Shown one piece after another: positions 36,800-46,619 of a stretch of DNA of 64,000 nt (position 1 is the first letter of the stretch; each line of letters begins with the position of its first letter). The stretch is taken from IMG/VR virus record IMGVR_UViG_3300032234_000388, positions 1 to 64,000 of that record. The stretch is one strand, 5' to 3'. The translations under genes were made by a program, and so were the position numbers. The stretch is from a virus (taxonomy: Duplodnaviria; Caudoviricetes). The notes under the pieces are model-generated. The model was not told the origin of the DNA. It saw only the letters and a list, made by a program, of their open reading frames with translations, and made no database searches.

Positions 36800-37408
36800 A
36801 TGAGTCAAATCACGCCCTTGTTCAGTATGCCCATGTACACAGATCTAATGGATCTTGCACACTGTCCTGATCACGCACAAACACAGTTTACAGAATTTTG
36901 GGATCTCAGCCAAAGTGCCAATAATCACATACTAGATCATGAATCGTGGAGGCCCTTGCGTGATCAAATCAACAGATGTCTCAGCGAGTTCTTTCACACC
37001 TATCTGTCTGCAGTAGAGGGTGTAGAGCTGACCATCACACAAAGCTGGATCAATCGCTATCTGCAGGGGCAGGCACAGCCCAGACACTTTCACTCGAATT
37101 CTGTGTTTTCGGGTGTGGTCATGCTGTGTGATCATCCTTCTAGTATTGAGTTTTATAGTCCGCATCGCAGCAATCATCGCTGGGATGTTCACACACTCAA
37201 TCTGTGGAACAGTCACAGTTGGCGCATGCCCTGTGAGCGAGGACTGCTGATCATCACGCCCAGTGTGCTGGATCATCAAACACAGATCAACCAAAGTGAG
37301 CAGGTTCGATGGAGTTTGGCCTTTGACACTGAGATCACTGGGGACACACAATGGGTAAGGCAGATCTCCGAAACTGTGCAGGGCCTGGCCAGATTCGGCC
37401 AGCGTTAA
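36800..37408 (+). CDS. putative 2OG-Fe(II) oxygenase (TIGR02466-like)
   Basis: SWIN...HFHSNSVFSGV...PSVLDH...RWSLAF. Confidence 0.78.
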   Translation: MSQITPLFSMPMYTDLMDLAHCPDHAQTQFTEFWDLSQSANNHILDHESWRPLRDQINRCLSEFFHTYLSAVEGVELTITQSWINRYLQGQAQPRHFHSNSVFSGVVMLCDHPSSIEFYSPHRSNHRWDVHTLNLWNSHSWRMPCERGLLIITPSVLDHQTQINQSEQVRWSLAFDTEITGDTQWVRQISETVQGLARFGQR

Positions 37409-37430
37409 AATGTGCGCAGTTAAATATCTC

Positions 37431-37526
37431 ATGCCTAGACTACTAGTATTATTCATGAGCCTTGTTGCTCTTACCCTTCCTCTAATGGCCCTTGCGGCCC
37501 TAACCATGATTGGTGCGCTACTATGA
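37431..37526 (+). CDS. 31-aa hydrophobic peptide (not in ORF track)
   Basis: TAAATA-4nt-ATG; MPRLLVLFMSLVALTLPLMALAALTMIGALL; ATGA-coupled to the antiporter. Confidence 0.55.
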   Translation: MPRLLVLFMSLVALTLPLMALAALTMIGALL

Positions 37527-38692
37527 TCACAACATTTTTTATTATTGCTGCCATGGTGTTGGTGCCATGGATTGTATGGCGAATTCTACGACTAGAATCT
37601 TGGATGCCCTTGCCCATGTTTCAAATATTCTGCGGCATACTGGTTGGACCTTCAGCATTTGGAGCCTATCATCCGGAACTGTTTACTCAGCTGTTCACTC
37701 AGCCTGTTAGAGCCAGTTTAGATACCATACAGACTCTGGCCATCATTGTGTTTGCATTTATGGCTGGATTGGAATTGAAACCTCGTGAAGTATTGGCCAC
37801 AGAAGGCAAGGGCATTTGGCTCAAGGCCTTTCAAGTTATAGTTCTGCCTATTGCACTAGCTGCGGTGTGTTTCTATGCATTTTTTGATTCAGGAGTGTGG
37901 CATGATCCTCGTGCAGGAGTAGTACAGTTTGCTTGGGCAATGGGTGTGGCCACTTGTATAACTGCACTGCCCATGTTGGTTATAGCTTCAAAGAGCGTGG
38001 GCATCTATGGCACTGATCTATATCGCAGACTCCTAGCCTTGGTGACCTTTGACGATCTTATCCTGTGGTTGACCATAGGTTTGATCATAGCCTTTGGCAA
38101 AACCATGATGCTGGCATCCCTATTCTTTGCAGCCACTGCACTGGTATATTGGCTGTATCCTAGACTTATGGATTGGTTAGGTGAAAGCTCTTGGCCCACA
38201 CTCACAGTGGCTTTGGTCTTTACTTGGGCAGCGTTTAGCCATTGGGCTGGACTACATTGGTTATTGGGCGGATTCCTAGCTGGTATGATCATACCTCGAC
38301 ACACCACAGCTTGGTTGGGCGGCATGGCTGAACATCAGATGTATTGGCTAATGCCTGTGTTCTTTATCTGGACCGGACTCAAAGTACAGTGGTCTAGTCC
38401 GTTGGCTGTGATCATTGGCGCTGCCGTTGGCATGTACCTAATTGCTGTGATCACCAAGTTTGTGGGCGTTTGGCTAGCCTATAGATCCGAGGGCATGCGC
38501 ATGGTCATGTTCAAAACAGCTCTGCTGCAAAACAAAGGTCTGATGGAAATATTCCTAGCCACAGTGTTGCTCAAAGCACAGATTATCACAGGTGACATGT
38601 TTGCTGCAGTTGTGATCATGAGCTTGATCAGCACAGGATCTGCAGTGCCGTTGGCTCGGTTGTTCGACATTAAACAGCACAAAACTGTATAA
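37523..38692 (+). CDS. cation:proton antiporter (CPA2 family)
   Basis: GILVGPS, FMAGLEL, ITALP, TFDD, PVFF, NKGLMEI; ~12 TM. Confidence 0.85.
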   Translation: MITTFFIIAAMVLVPWIVWRILRLESWMPLPMFQIFCGILVGPSAFGAYHPELFTQLFTQPVRASLDTIQTLAIIVFAFMAGLELKPREVLATEGKGIWLKAFQVIVLPIALAAVCFYAFFDSGVWHDPRAGVVQFAWAMGVATCITALPMLVIASKSVGIYGTDLYRRLLALVTFDDLILWLTIGLIIAFGKTMMLASLFFAATALVYWLYPRLMDWLGESSWPTLTVALVFTWAAFSHWAGLHWLLGGFLAGMIIPRHTTAWLGGMAEHQMYWLMPVFFIWTGLKVQWSSPLAVIIGAAVGMYLIAVITKFVGVWLAYRSEGMRMVMFKTALLQNKGLMEIFLATVLLKAQIITGDMFAAVVIMSLISTGSAVPLARLFDIKQHKTV

Positions 38693-38700
38693 ATATTATC

Positions 38701-38913
38701 ATGGAACAACAATATCTTATATCTAAAGCTCGTAACACAATCACAGGACAGACTGTTAAGAATCAGGATCTAACAGGCGCTAGATTTTTGTTGACACAGC
38801 GATTTTTATGTCAGGAAGTTGCTGATCAATTGGCAGCCAAAATGACTGAACGAACAGGCGACACGTGGGTGGGTTACTGCGAAGCCTATACTCCCTCGCA
38901 GCGTCGAGTCTAA
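38701..38913 (+). CDS. hypothetical protein
   Basis: TATAAATA 5 nt before the ATG. Confidence 0.7.
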   Translation: MEQQYLISKARNTITGQTVKNQDLTGARFLLTQRFLCQEVADQLAAKMTERTGDTWVGYCEAYTPSQRRV

Positions 38914-39348
38914 TTACTTGTACAGGTAGTTTACAGTGTCAGGATTTTCTCTATAGGTTTCTGCACCGTTTTTATGGTGGAATCTACGAGCCATTTCGGT
39001 TTTAGGACTGAGCGTGACATAGGTTTCTACTTCAGGGTGTTGTCGTTTGATTTCAGCCTGAGCTTGCTCAATTAGGGTACGACCCGCTCCTGCAGCATAA
39101 CTCCATATTGTATAAAAAACCGCTGTATTGGTATGCACCGCAGCTTCGGCTAGGTCGCCCACTGCTGCCGGAATTCCATCCAAAAATTTCACGCAGGTCA
39201 CTGCCAAAGGTTGATCGTTGTCGTCTTTGAGCACATATATTTCTGAGTTTTTGTTAACTCGAAATTCAGGTGGCAGTTCCGGACGAACAGGATCGTCCTT
39301 GATAAGATTGAGTAGGTTGTCTGATAGATCTCTAATTATGTGTAGCAT
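38914..39348 (-). CDS. GNAT-fold protein resembling the malonyl-CoA decarboxylase C-domain
   Basis: TAVFYTIWS...GAGRTLI...VTLSP. Confidence 0.55.
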   Translation of the reverse strand: MLHIIRDLSDNLLNLIKDDPVRPELPPEFRVNKNSEIYVLKDDNDQPLAVTCVKFLDGIPAAVGDLAEAAVHTNTAVFYTIWSYAAGAGRTLIEQAQAEIKRQHPEVETYVTLSPKTEMARRFHHKNGAETYRENPDTVNYLYK

Positions 39349-39482
39349 GTCGTGTCCCAGGTTGGTATAATATGCGTATTTATTAATAGACCAAAAAAAT
39401 CCTATTTTTGGCTCAGCTTGTCATTGACCGAGTAAATATTTTACTGTATAATGTACTAATAATCAACTTCAAGGAGTTCAAA

Positions 39483-40157
39483 ATGTTTGCAACAAGTACA
39501 ATCCGATCTGCGTCAGAAATCAATTCTGCCATGGGTCGTGTTTATGGTCACATGAGTGTGGCTGTGGTAATCAGCATGCTGGCCAGTCTGCTGGTAGCCA
39601 GTTCACCTGCGCTAATGGCTGTGTTGTTTGGCACTGGGCTTAAATGGGTCGTAATGTTTGCTCCATTGATTGCCATATTGGGTATGAGCTTGGGATATGA
39701 GCGTATGAGCAAGAACACCATACAGATTCTACTGTACGGGTTCGCAGTACTGATGGGATTGAGTTTTGCCACTATCTTTGTGGTCTATCAAATTGGTTCA
39801 ATAGTCACTGCATTTATGGGTGCTGCTGTGCTGTTTGGCACACTGAGCTTTTATGGTTATTTTACCAAGAAAGATCTAAGTTCGTGGGGAACATTCCTGT
39901 TGGTAGGTTTAATTGCTCTGATCATTACCAGCATTGTTAATATCTTTATTGGCAGTTCTGTATTGGCCATGACGCTGTCAGCAATTGCTATTATTATATT
40001 CTTGGGTTTGACTGCCTATGACACACAGCGTATTCGCGAATTGGTCACGTATGAAAATGACGGCAAAGCAGAAGTCATGGGCGCACTGAGCCTATACTTG
40101 AACTTTATCAACATCTTCCTCAGTTTGCTACAGTTGTTTGGTAATAGAAACGACTAA
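39483..40157 (+). CDS. Bax inhibitor-1/YccA family membrane protein
   Basis: 7 TM; AYDTQRI, ALSLYLNFINIF; TTGACC-17-TATAAT promoter and AAGGAG RBS. Confidence 0.9.
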   Translation: MFATSTIRSASEINSAMGRVYGHMSVAVVISMLASLLVASSPALMAVLFGTGLKWVVMFAPLIAILGMSLGYERMSKNTIQILLYGFAVLMGLSFATIFVVYQIGSIVTAFMGAAVLFGTLSFYGYFTKKDLSSWGTFLLVGLIALIITSIVNIFIGSSVLAMTLSAIAIIIFLGLTAYDTQRIRELVTYENDGKAEVMGALSLYLNFINIFLSLLQLFGNRND

Positions 40158-40867
40158 TTTAAAACGTTAGTCTGTTGTTCTAAAGAGAGCTCGGCATCTT
40201 CCAGCTCTCTTATTTTTTCTGTGATTTGATCAATAAGACCTAGGTTTCGAAGTATTTTGAAAACTAGGTTTTCTACTGACCACTCACCCGCACGAGCCAG
40301 TCCAGCTTTGCGCATCTGTGTAATTTTGTCTTTGACTGTGCGCAGTTTGTCTAGATCTTTACTTAATAACGCCTGCTCAATTTGAGCTAGCACTGCATCT
40401 TTTTTAGCTTCTATAGCAGCATCATCTAGTGTGGGTTTAACTTTCTTGGGTTCAACTAGCCACTTGCCTTGAATCAGACTGTATACCCCTGTTGAGTGAT
40501 GCGGTTCGTCTTCGCCTTGCACATAACACTCTACAGGCAAACCTCGAATAGTGATTGTATGCTGTTCTGCCCACAAGGCCTTTTTAGCTGTGAACAGTTC
40601 ACGTTGTTCGTCTGTAGGAGTTCCGGGAATGATCAGATGCAGGTCTAGATCTGAGTATTCAGTCCAGGTATAGTTGGCATTGGATCCAGTGATTGTGTGA
40701 TCTATCACATCGATGTCAATGCCAATAAATTCTTGAAAAGCCTTGGCTATATCTTCTAGTTTGGCAGCAACTTCAATGTCTAGAGTATCATCGTTCCAAA
40801 TTTTAGGATTTAGACGACGATTTACTGTTACTATATCAGCGGATTCGTTTAATTCTCTTAGACGCAT
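40154..40867 (-). CDS. Pol-beta-superfamily nucleotidyltransferase
   Basis: ITGSNANY...SDLDLH...VECY. Confidence 0.8.
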   Translation of the reverse strand: MRLRELNESADIVTVNRRLNPKIWNDDTLDIEVAAKLEDIAKAFQEFIGIDIDVIDHTITGSNANYTWTEYSDLDLHLIIPGTPTDEQRELFTAKKALWAEQHTITIRGLPVECYVQGEDEPHHSTGVYSLIQGKWLVEPKKVKPTLDDAAIEAKKDAVLAQIEQALLSKDLDKLRTVKDKITQMRKAGLARAGEWSVENLVFKILRNLGLIDQITEKIRELEDAELSLEQQTNVLN

Positions 40868-40870
40868 GCA

Positions 40871-41125
40871 TTATTTAGCCCACATTAGGCTGTACAAGCT
40901 GGCCAATTTATCTGAGTAAATTTCTGCAACTACATAGGTATACGGATCACTGGGTTTTTGTTCTACAACCATTTGACATTCTCTAGAGTCTTGGCTCTTT
41001 AACCATTGTATGTGATCAATTCCGGCCTGCCGATGTACAGCTGGCCAATCTATGTATATGTTGCCCGTACCGTCTGATTCTGGATCAAAGTACCGAGCTA
41101 GTTCAAAACGATGCGTCTTCATCAC
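40871..41125 (-). CDS. hypothetical protein
   Basis: Coupled to the helicase. Confidence 0.6.
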   Translation of the reverse strand: MMKTHRFELARYFDPESDGTGNIYIDWPAVHRQAGIDHIQWLKSQDSRECQMVVEQKPSDPYTYVVAEIYSDKLASLYSLMWAK

Positions 41126-42524
41126 TGCTCATGTTGTTTAAAATTTCACGCAATTTAGTGCTTTCGACCTGTGCTCTAACCTTGCCTACTGATGCACCCT
41201 CTGTGGGCTCTTCACGCTGTATTTCAGTCTTGCGTTTGATGCTGTCAATAATACTAGAAGTACCACGATTACCGCCACTAGTACTTTCTTGTTCGTCTTC
41301 TGGTAAGTCGCTGATCTTAAGGCTTTCTAGATTAAACTCTAGATCTACTTTCATACCCACACCACTTGATGAACGAGTTTTCATTAACTGTATTTGATAA
41401 CGTCCACGTTCACGCATGGCTCGACTTGTAAAGATACCGAATACGTTATCCGCAGTTTGAATCTTAGATAGGCCACCTGAAATATGACTGTGATCAAACT
41501 CAACTTCTTCAACCGCACCACGATTCAACTGTGCCGCAGTGACTAGTACACAATTCTTTTCTACTGCTAGATTACGCAGTTCTTCTGACACATATTTGTC
41601 TTTGATAAACAAATCTGCTGGACTAATCTTCTTGCTAACAGGCATTAGTAAGTCTAAATAGTCTACTAAGAGAATATCTACTTTCTTACCTACTTTGATT
41701 TCATACTCTTTTAAGTATGCTCTTAGATCATTAGCAGTCTTGCCCGATGGCATATATTTGACCTGCAGCATACCTGACTTCTTGCCAATCATCTTAACTT
41801 TCATTTCAACGTCGTCAAGATCTCTAAAAATCTCTTTAGTTGATATTCCAGTAAGCATACTATCAATACGCATCGATACTAGTGCTTCTGAAAGTTCTAA
41901 TGTTAGATAGACAACATTAAGTCCCTGAAGTGCCCAATTGACTCCCAAGTTAGCAAGAAATAAAGATTTACCTGCCCCGGATCCACCTGCAAAAATATTA
42001 AGTTCTCCACGATTCATTCCTCCAAATAGTCTACGATCCATGCTAGGCCATCCTGTACTAATCTGGCCATTCTTATCTTTGATGCCTAACAATCGACCAC
42101 GAGGATCAGCAAAGTAGTCTGTGCCCATATCACGAGCAAGTCCTATCTGTACTGCTTCTTTGATCATAACTTCCACAGCACCGTAGTCGCTTTTTTCTAG
42201 TAGATCTGCTGAACTAATAATTGCACGTTCTAATGCTTTATGACGAGTAAACGATTCAAACTCGTCCATGAACCATTGCATGTGACCATCTTTTAAATCT
42301 TCTGGGCGTCTAAGTTCTGTGCGACAGCTGGCATTGACCATTTCATAGTCTGGCAACACATTATAGTTTTTTGCATACTCGTTCATAAACTCTGCAGCAT
42401 CCTGCAGTTTACGTTCAAATAGCGTGTGATCAAAAATACCTTGACAGCGGACAAACACTTCTGCATCTGCCAGCATGATTTCAAGATATAATTTTTGTAC
42501 TTCGAATCCGTAATCTTTTATCAT
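41103..42524 (-). CDS. replicative DnaB/gp41-like helicase
   Basis: GGSGAGKS, TLELSE, VDYLDL, AAQLNR, KTR. Confidence 0.93.
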   Translation of the reverse strand: MIKDYGFEVQKLYLEIMLADAEVFVRCQGIFDHTLFERKLQDAAEFMNEYAKNYNVLPDYEMVNASCRTELRRPEDLKDGHMQWFMDEFESFTRHKALERAIISSADLLEKSDYGAVEVMIKEAVQIGLARDMGTDYFADPRGRLLGIKDKNGQISTGWPSMDRRLFGGMNRGELNIFAGGSGAGKSLFLANLGVNWALQGLNVVYLTLELSEALVSMRIDSMLTGISTKEIFRDLDDVEMKVKMIGKKSGMLQVKYMPSGKTANDLRAYLKEYEIKVGKKVDILLVDYLDLLMPVSKKISPADLFIKDKYVSEELRNLAVEKNCVLVTAAQLNRGAVEEVEFDHSHISGGLSKIQTADNVFGIFTSRAMRERGRYQIQLMKTRSSSGVGMKVDLEFNLESLKISDLPEDEQESTSGGNRGTSSIIDSIKRKTEIQREEPTEGASVGKVRAQVESTKLREILNNMSSDEDASF

Positions 42525-42541
42525 ATTAACTATTATACACT

Positions 42542-44011
42542 CTAATTAAACACAGGTAAACCATGTAGTTGACTCCAGGTCCTAGCATCGGCATGATCAT
42601 TGATCATCGGTTGCCCTTTGATATTCAAACTGGTATTCAACAGCATAGGACAGCCCGTAGCTTCGTACCATAACTCTAATAATTCTCTAAATTGCGGATT
42701 ATCGGATTTACTGACCGTTTGTACACGGCTGGTTCCGTCGGTATGTACGATGGCCGAATAAGACTCAGATTCCAAACAAGGCGCAATAAATTGCATGTAA
42801 GCTGTTGATTTTGTTGGCATTTTAAAGTACTGATTTGCAAATTCTTCTAATATTGCAGGGGCAAAGGGTCTAAACTGCTCTCGGTGCTTTATATTGTTAA
42901 TTGCGACCTTTATTTCCGGACCACGCGGATCTGCTATCAAACTGCGGTTTCCTAAGGCTCTAGGACCAAACTCTGCAGGACCGCGAGCAAGTCCGCACAT
43001 TTTGTGTTCGAGCAGATGAGCAACAATTTCTTTATTGCTAGCCTTATAGCCCATATCATATCCTAGATACGGGCCTTGCCAATCTATATGCGTTTTCTTA
43101 TGAGCAAGTACTGCACCAATTGCACTGCCGCTATCTCCGGGTGCCGGCATTATCCAAACACGATCGAAGTATTTGTAGGCAATAGGGTTAGCGGCACAGT
43201 TTAGAGCACATCCTCCCATAAACACTAGATTTCTACTTGAGCTGGTTCTAACGGCCTGCTGTAAGACTCGCTCAAATGCCATCTCGTATACAGCTTGTGT
43301 AGCTGCTGCTATATCGTACAAATCTTGCTGTGTTGTTAATTCAGGACGCCACCAATTACATCCTCGATGTAAATTTTGTTTAATCCTGTAAACATGTTCA
43401 TAATCATCATTAGGAAAACTAACAAAATCATTTAATAGGTCTCTGATAAATCTATTAGGGTTTCCTAGTGCTGCCATGCCCATTAAGATATATTCTTCTT
43501 CGTTGGGCTTTAAGCCGCAGCGTTGTGTCATTGCACTATAAAACAATCCTAAACTGTTTGGATATTCTAGAATGTATCGTTTGTGTAGGTTAGTGCCAAC
43601 AGCATCCCACTGTGTTAGACATTCAAATTCGCCAATGGCATCGATTACTAGTACACAGGCATCTTCAAACCCGCTAGTGTAATAACCTGCGGCTGCGTGT
43701 GTTTGGTGATGTCCAAAAGTTTTAATCGGTGTTCGAATATTAAACTTTCTAAGATAATCTTTTACATTATTATTCTGCCATCCTTGCCCGGCAGTTAACT
43801 GCCTTAGAGTTTTTAACCAAGGACGTTCGTACCAGCAAACTAATTCAGGTTTACCAAATGTTCGAGCATGTTCTATTAATTCATAACTGAGATCTGGATC
43901 GTTCTTAAGTTTACTAAACCGTTCTGATTCGCTGGCAAATACTAATTTGTCATTGTCAAACACGGCCAAGGCAGCATTATGGCTGGCTGCAGATATTCCC
44001 CAGGTAATCAT
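42542..44011 (-). CDS. carbamoyltransferase (NodU/CmcH family)
   Basis: HHQTHAA, DAIGE, GGCALN, EFGPRALGNRS, FRPFAP, LLNTSLN. Confidence 0.93.
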   Translation of the reverse strand: MITWGISAASHNAALAVFDNDKLVFASESERFSKLKNDPDLSYELIEHARTFGKPELVCWYERPWLKTLRQLTAGQGWQNNNVKDYLRKFNIRTPIKTFGHHQTHAAAGYYTSGFEDACVLVIDAIGEFECLTQWDAVGTNLHKRYILEYPNSLGLFYSAMTQRCGLKPNEEEYILMGMAALGNPNRFIRDLLNDFVSFPNDDYEHVYRIKQNLHRGCNWWRPELTTQQDLYDIAAATQAVYEMAFERVLQQAVRTSSSRNLVFMGGCALNCAANPIAYKYFDRVWIMPAPGDSGSAIGAVLAHKKTHIDWQGPYLGYDMGYKASNKEIVAHLLEHKMCGLARGPAEFGPRALGNRSLIADPRGPEIKVAINNIKHREQFRPFAPAILEEFANQYFKMPTKSTAYMQFIAPCLESESYSAIVHTDGTSRVQTVSKSDNPQFRELLELWYEATGCPMLLNTSLNIKGQPMINDHADARTWSQLHGLPVFN

Positions 44012-44124
44012 TTGTAAATGAACGGATCCCGTTTCCTAAGTTCTGCAATTCGTTTTTTTAATTTTTTGTAATCACGGTACCGTTGTATCGGACTATATAA
44101 AAAATTAAATATTTTCTTTAGCAT
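44008..44124 (-). CDS. 38-aa peptide ending DPFIYK (not in ORF track)
   Basis: Overlaps the primase stop; ATGA-coupled to the carbamoyltransferase. Confidence 0.65.
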   Translation of the reverse strand: MLKKIFNFLYSPIQRYRDYKKLKKRIAELRKRDPFIYK

Positions 44125-45130
44125 ATTCTAATCTCTGTAATTTGTGTTCCTGCTGTTTCTTTGCCATGTTAATTTTAATACTGCCGTGTTGTGCAGTCTG
44201 AATAGCATCAACAATGACAAATAATTTACCATATCTTTGCACAGCATCGGCAACATCTTTAACATCGTCTTCCCACGTAGGCATTGCCACAGCCCAGCCT
44301 AATTCTGCTGCACGATCAAACAGCACCAGTCCTGCACTATCTTGATCAGGTATTACAATAATTTCGCTGCCTAGACTATTAATTATTCGACTTTGCTGAT
44401 CTGCAACTTCGTTAGTGAGTAGAGCCATTCCGCCTATAGCTAATGCATCTAATGGACCTTCACAGACGAACACATATTTTTGTTCTTCTTTCTGTGCATC
44501 AACATTGAATACAAAATGCGGATGTTGATCTGATAGATATTTTGGTTTTCCGTCTGTAATTTTTCTGGCGGTATTACCTACAATGCGTCCTTGATAGAAG
44601 AACGGTATGATCACTCTTTGCTCGTAGCCTGAATTAGGACTCCAATAGAAATTGCCGTCTAAGGGATTATAACCTCTATTGTAAACATATTCTAATACAG
44701 GAACAATTTCTGCAGGCATGTCTGCGCCAAACTCTGCCCACTCTTTTAATGACAAAGATCCTTCTGGCAATGGCTTGTCTGTAAAGTCTATCTTAGGCTG
44801 TTGTTGCTCTGGCTTATATTCGGGTCCTTCGGTTTTAAGACTTTCGAATATCATTGTTTTGATATCGTCTTCGTTAGCGCCTAACCAGCGACTAAGTGTT
44901 TTCATCTTTTCACCAAACGGTGAGCCAGGCTGCCATCCTGTAGAAAATTTGCAATTAAAACAGTTGAAGACTATGCCATCGCCGTCAAACCGAATGCCGC
45001 CACGTTTACGAGTATCCGGACTATGCCCGCGATGCCCGCAACATGGTGCATTAAAACTAGTCCAACCACTGGGGCTCGATTTAGCTCGCGGAGGGAGTAG
45101 TGTTCGAAATTTGTCTACGACTAAAGTCAT
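44105..45130 (-). CDS. DNA primase (gp61-like, Zn finger + Toprim)
   Basis: CC...CFNC, PKYL, CEGPLDA, PDQDSAG, KDVAD; leaderless sigma70 promoter 45137-45165. Confidence 0.9.
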   Translation of the reverse strand: MTLVVDKFRTLLPPRAKSSPSGWTSFNAPCCGHRGHSPDTRKRGGIRFDGDGIVFNCFNCKFSTGWQPGSPFGEKMKTLSRWLGANEDDIKTMIFESLKTEGPEYKPEQQQPKIDFTDKPLPEGSLSLKEWAEFGADMPAEIVPVLEYVYNRGYNPLDGNFYWSPNSGYEQRVIIPFFYQGRIVGNTARKITDGKPKYLSDQHPHFVFNVDAQKEEQKYVFVCEGPLDALAIGGMALLTNEVADQQSRIINSLGSEIIVIPDQDSAGLVLFDRAAELGWAVAMPTWEDDVKDVADAVQRYGKLFVIVDAIQTAQHGSIKINMAKKQQEHKLQRLEYAKENI

Positions 45131-45142
45131 AGCACAAGTATA

Positions 45143-46216
45143 CTATCTGTACAACACCTTGTCAAGAGATCCAACAACAATATTGGTGTCAGCCAAAACA
45201 AATGTTTTTACCCCATTATAGGATAATCCTGTCCAATTAACTCCAGTAATACCGCCGATGTCGTTTACAGCTGATACTGTGATAGTTAAATCGTTAGTGA
45301 CTAATTCTCCGCCTAATTTATTACCTGGAATTAGAATAGTATTGCCAATTTCGTAGCCTTTACCAGCGTTTCCAACGGACACATTATAATTTAACAGCAT
45401 GGTCTGAGCAATAGTAAATGTAGCAGTAGAAGAGCTCTGTGTCGGTAAATGTTTGATTCTAAACCAGTTGTATTTGCCGGTAATATTTTTATATCGCTGT
45501 GTAGTAAGATCAACGGTAGAAATGTCAACCCATTTATATGGGGTAGCTCCCTGTTCATCTAAGCTGCCTTGGATGGTCACAGTTCCGCGATAGTTTGTAG
45601 AGTAAAATTGAAATGTGTGCAGTCCGCCTGCACTGTTAAAGGTTGGCTTAGCATCAACAATACTGCTGATGTAAATTTTTGGATCTTCGCTGCCTGCAGT
45701 AAAGGGATTTATATATTCAAACTTATCAATAGACACACTAGGTGTAACTTCACCTAGAACATCACCTAGAACTTCAATAGTTCCAAGAGTGTCGTACTGG
45801 CTGTCCATATACATAGCAATTCTAGAAGTTACACGATAATCTGTAGAATCAACAGTTTCTCTAACTTCTTTGATAATACTATAGTCGTAAAATCCAGGAT
45901 CGATATCTAACATTTCATACTCTGTTAGAATAACCGTGACCTTGCCTGTGGCTAGATCCATAGATGAAAAATCTTTCTGAAAAACTAAATCTTTTGTTTC
46001 TCTAGTAATGAGATTAAATACCAAAGTAGAACCAGTTATGTTGCTGGCTTTTTGATCACTGTTACGAACCTGAACATCAATGCGATTATCAACACTGCGA
46101 TATATTTTTAAATTTCGATTGTACACTCTACGATACCTCTCTGTCGTCCAGGAATCTAACGGGTTTGTAAACACGTCTAACTTATTTGAATATAAATAAA
46201 CAGGATTAAATTGCAT
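45143..46216 (-). CDS. probable structural protein
   Basis: Beta-rich; TAAATA upstream. Confidence 0.6.
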   Translation of the reverse strand: MQFNPVYLYSNKLDVFTNPLDSWTTERYRRVYNRNLKIYRSVDNRIDVQVRNSDQKASNITGSTLVFNLITRETKDLVFQKDFSSMDLATGKVTVILTEYEMLDIDPGFYDYSIIKEVRETVDSTDYRVTSRIAMYMDSQYDTLGTIEVLGDVLGEVTPSVSIDKFEYINPFTAGSEDPKIYISSIVDAKPTFNSAGGLHTFQFYSTNYRGTVTIQGSLDEQGATPYKWVDISTVDLTTQRYKNITGKYNWFRIKHLPTQSSSTATFTIAQTMLLNYNVSVGNAGKGYEIGNTILIPGNKLGGELVTNDLTITVSAVNDIGGITGVNWTGLSYNGVKTFVLADTNIVVGSLDKVLYR

Positions 46217-46247
46217 ACATTAGAATACCTTTAGCATTATTTATCGA

Positions 46248-46619
46248 ATGAGAATAACAGAAAACCTACAAGAAAATTTTCCATTTATCAGCGTTATAAA
46301 TCACGTTAATCAAGAATACGTGGGCATAATCATCAACCAAGATGCTCAAGTTACCAGCGTATATGATTATGCAGCTATACGCACTGATGAAGAAAAAGCA
46401 AGATTTTTAGAACTCGGCGAAGTATGGTGGTGGGAATCAAACCGTCAAATACCTATTAACATTTTTTTACTTAAAGAAATTGTTGAATTTCGATATGCTA
46501 TTAGAAACTTTAGCACCAAAGACGTAAAAGTATTGTTAGGCCCGTGTACCAGTTTAAATGATATTATTGTAAAACGAATCAAGCGTAAGTCAATTACACT
46601 CGTTAGAAAAACTAGTTAA
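46248..46619 (+). CDS. hypothetical protein
   Basis: WWWESNRQIPINIFL motif. Confidence 0.7.
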   Translation: MRITENLQENFPFISVINHVNQEYVGIIINQDAQVTSVYDYAAIRTDEEKARFLELGEVWWWESNRQIPINIFLLKEIVEFRYAIRNFSTKDVKVLLGPCTSLNDIIVKRIKRKSITLVRKTS

